Shown piece by piece: positions 62,713 through 64,000 of a stretch of DNA of 64,000 nucleotides. This DNA comes from Candidatus Omnitrophota bacterium (lineage in GTDB: Bacteria > Omnitrophota > Gorgyraeia > Duberdicusellales > 4484-171), in contig JBDRJF010000001.1 of assembly GCA_043815185.1 (NCBI GenBank), positions 153,690-217,689 on the forward strand, written 5' to 3'. The position numbers and the translations under genes are program-made. Below the pieces are notes generated by a model. The model ran no database searches. It was not told where the DNA came from and saw nothing but the letters and a program-made list of their open reading frames with translations. How positions within the stretch are numbered: position 1 is the first letter of the stretch; every line of letters begins with the position of its first letter.

Positions 62713-64000
62713 TTTAGTTTCCGGGCAATTACCTCTTCGTTAAAAACATCAATAACATCTTCTTCTTTTATTTTATCATAATTCATGCCGATTCCGCACT
62801 CAAGGCCCTCTGTTACTTCCCGGACATCATCCTTAAACCTCCTTAGGGTTACTACTTTACCTTCAAAGATTACTTCATTATCCCGGAAAAGATGGCAGAC
62901 CGCGCCCCGAAAAATTTTTCCTTTCATTACTATACAGCCGGCGATTATCCCGGTTTTAGAAAGCTTAAATACTGTTTTTACCTTAGCTCTCCCCAGGAAT
63001 GTTCGCTTTATTTGGGGAGTCAACAACCCTTCTACTGCAGCTCTAACATCATCAATAAGCTCATAAACAATCTGGTAAGATCTGGTCTCAATCCCCTTCT
63101 TCCTGGCTAACTCCCTAACCTGGGCATCTATATTAACCTTAAATCCTACCACAATAGCATCAGTTACTTCGGCTAAGAGAATATCTGATGAATTTACTGA
63201 CCCTACCCCTTTGTGGACAATAGCCAACTCTACTTCCTCGGCAGGAATTTTCATTAAGGCCCCTTCAACTGCCTCTAAGGTTCCGCCGACATCAGCCTTT
63301 AAAACAATCTTCAACTGCTTTAAGTCCTCTTCTTTTACTTTTTTATACAAATCCTCTAATTTAAGATGGGTTACCGGAACAAGTTTTTTCCTCTCCTTTT
63401 CTTCCTTCCTCTTTTCAATAATTTCGCGAGCAAACCTCTCATCAGGCACAACTAACAACTGCTCTCCGGGATTCGGTACACCATCTAAACCTAAAATTTC
63501 TGCCGGATAAGCCGGTAGGGCTTCCTTAAAAGCTTTTGCTTGATCATCATGCATCGCTTTTATTTTTCCCGAACAGAAACCACAAACGCACCAATCTCCC
63601 ACTCTCAACACTCCTTCTTTAACTAAAACTGTGGCTAAAGAACCTTTGCCCCGGGATAACCTGGCCTCAACTACCACCCCAATAGCTGACCGTTGGTAAT
63701 CAGCCTTCAGCTCCATTATATCAGCCTGTAAAATAATCAGTTCTAAAAGCTCGTCTATACCTTCCCCGGTCTTAGCTGATACACCCACGGTAATAGTCTT
63801 TCCACCCCAATCTTCGGGAACAAGTTCTAGCTTAGAAAGCTGTTGTTTTACCATATCGATATTAATGGTGGGCCTATCAATCTTATTAATCGCCACAATT
63901 ATCGGAACCTTAGAAGCCTTAGCATGATCGATTGCTTCTATTGTCTGGGGTTTAACCCCTTCATCAGCTGCTACCACTATAACTACAATATCAGTAATAT
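62709..64000 (-). CDS. infB: translation initiation factor IF-2, C-terminal ~430 aa (gene continues past the window end)
   Basis: The frame is open to the window edge (..DITDIVVIVVAADEGVKPQTIEAI..). Contains the G4 motif NKID, followed by the IF-2 domains II to C2. Confidence 0.9.
   Translation of the reverse strand, partial: ITDIVVIVVAADEGVKPQTIEAIDHAKASKVPIIVAINKIDRPTINIDMVKQQLSKLELVPEDWGGKTITVGVSAKTGEGIDELLELIILQADIMELKADYQRSAIGVVVEARLSRGKGSLATVLVKEGVLRVGDWCVCGFCSGKIKAMHDDQAKAFKEALPAYPAEILGLDGVPNPGEQLLVVPDERFAREIIEKRKEEKERKKLVPVTHLKLEDLYKKVKEEDLKQLKIVLKADVGGTLEAVEGALMKIPAEEVELAIVHKGVGSVNSSDILLAEVTDAIVVGFKVNIDAQVRELARKKGIETRSYQIVYELIDDVRAAVEGLLTPQIKRTFLGRAKVKTVFKLSKTGIIAGCIVMKGKIFRGAVCHLFRDNEVIFEGKVVTLRRFKDDVREVTEGLECGIGMNYDKIKEEDVIDVFNEEVIARKLK

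Noticed and set aside
2776-63510. All plus-strand ORFs in the supplied track (for example 2776-3054, 9868-10143, 22176-22610, 33166-33483, 55068-55451, 63211-63510).
   Set aside because: Each lies entirely antisense to a well-supported minus-strand gene. They have low-complexity Ser/Pro/Leu/Ile-rich translations with no recognisable motifs, and no Shine-Dalgarno or promoter context. They are shadow ORFs.
1-64000. A search by eye of all spacers longer than 40 bp for tRNA, rRNA, tmRNA, RNase P RNA, riboswitches and CRISPR arrays.
   Set aside because: I found no cloverleaf or T-loop (GTTCGAATC-type) signature, no rRNA-like conserved block, and no regularly spaced direct-repeat array. The GGCGAATCC loop of palindrome A only superficially resembles a T-arm. 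A covariance-model scan (tRNAscan-SE or Rfam) would be needed to be definitive.

Overview
A 64 kb stretch of an AT-rich bacterial chromosome that uses the standard genetic code (TGA is a stop). Hand counts of sampled 60-nt lines give about 37-42% G+C. All ~70 credible genes lie on the minus strand, tightly packed and often overlapping. I recognised no rRNA, tRNA or CRISPR array. Gene content is almost entirely housekeeping: mraZ-rsmH (start of a dcw cluster), rbfA-nrnA-truB-ribF, xerD, truA, asd, leuCDB, the yceD-rpmF-plsX-fabH-fabD-fabG-acpP-fabF lipid block, coaD, rsmD, recG, nrdR, dCMP deaminase, glyA-rpiB, purE/D/M/L/B, panB, apbE, polX, queF, recO-ybeY-pgpH-phoH, aspS-hisS, HU, dnaE, guaA, folD, rnhB-rplS-trmD, tgt, ruvB, scpA, trpS and the 3' part of infB. 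Nine things stand out. (1) Two paralogous Sec-secreted, phage-tail-fibre-like proteins, each with its own promoter, sit inside housekeeping operons. They share an unrecognised, strongly conserved N-terminal module (TLTTYYPAPYGVY); one ends in a Peptidase-S74 intramolecular-chaperone domain and the other in a Cys-rich, G+C-rich domain. This is my best candidate for an undescribed surface-fibre system. (2) A compact, very AT-rich REP-RAYT-REP cassette whose hairpin supplies the 3' end of the neighbouring cca gene. (3) A second palindrome family, GTTTAGG-N4/5-CCTAAAC, found at gene boundaries. (4) Two unusual fusions: macro+Nudix and TsaC+LMW phosphatase. (5) Domain-minimised housekeeping proteins: AspRS without GAD, TruB without PUA, CBS-less GuaB3-type IMPDH, and PgpH without its ectodomain. 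(6) Two class II tRNA nucleotidyltransferase paralogs. (7) A phased MraZ-box promoter. (8) A promoter-then-terminator leader in front of purL. (9) Four gene pairs that overlap by exactly 32 nt. All functional calls rest on motif recognition by eye; no database search was possible.
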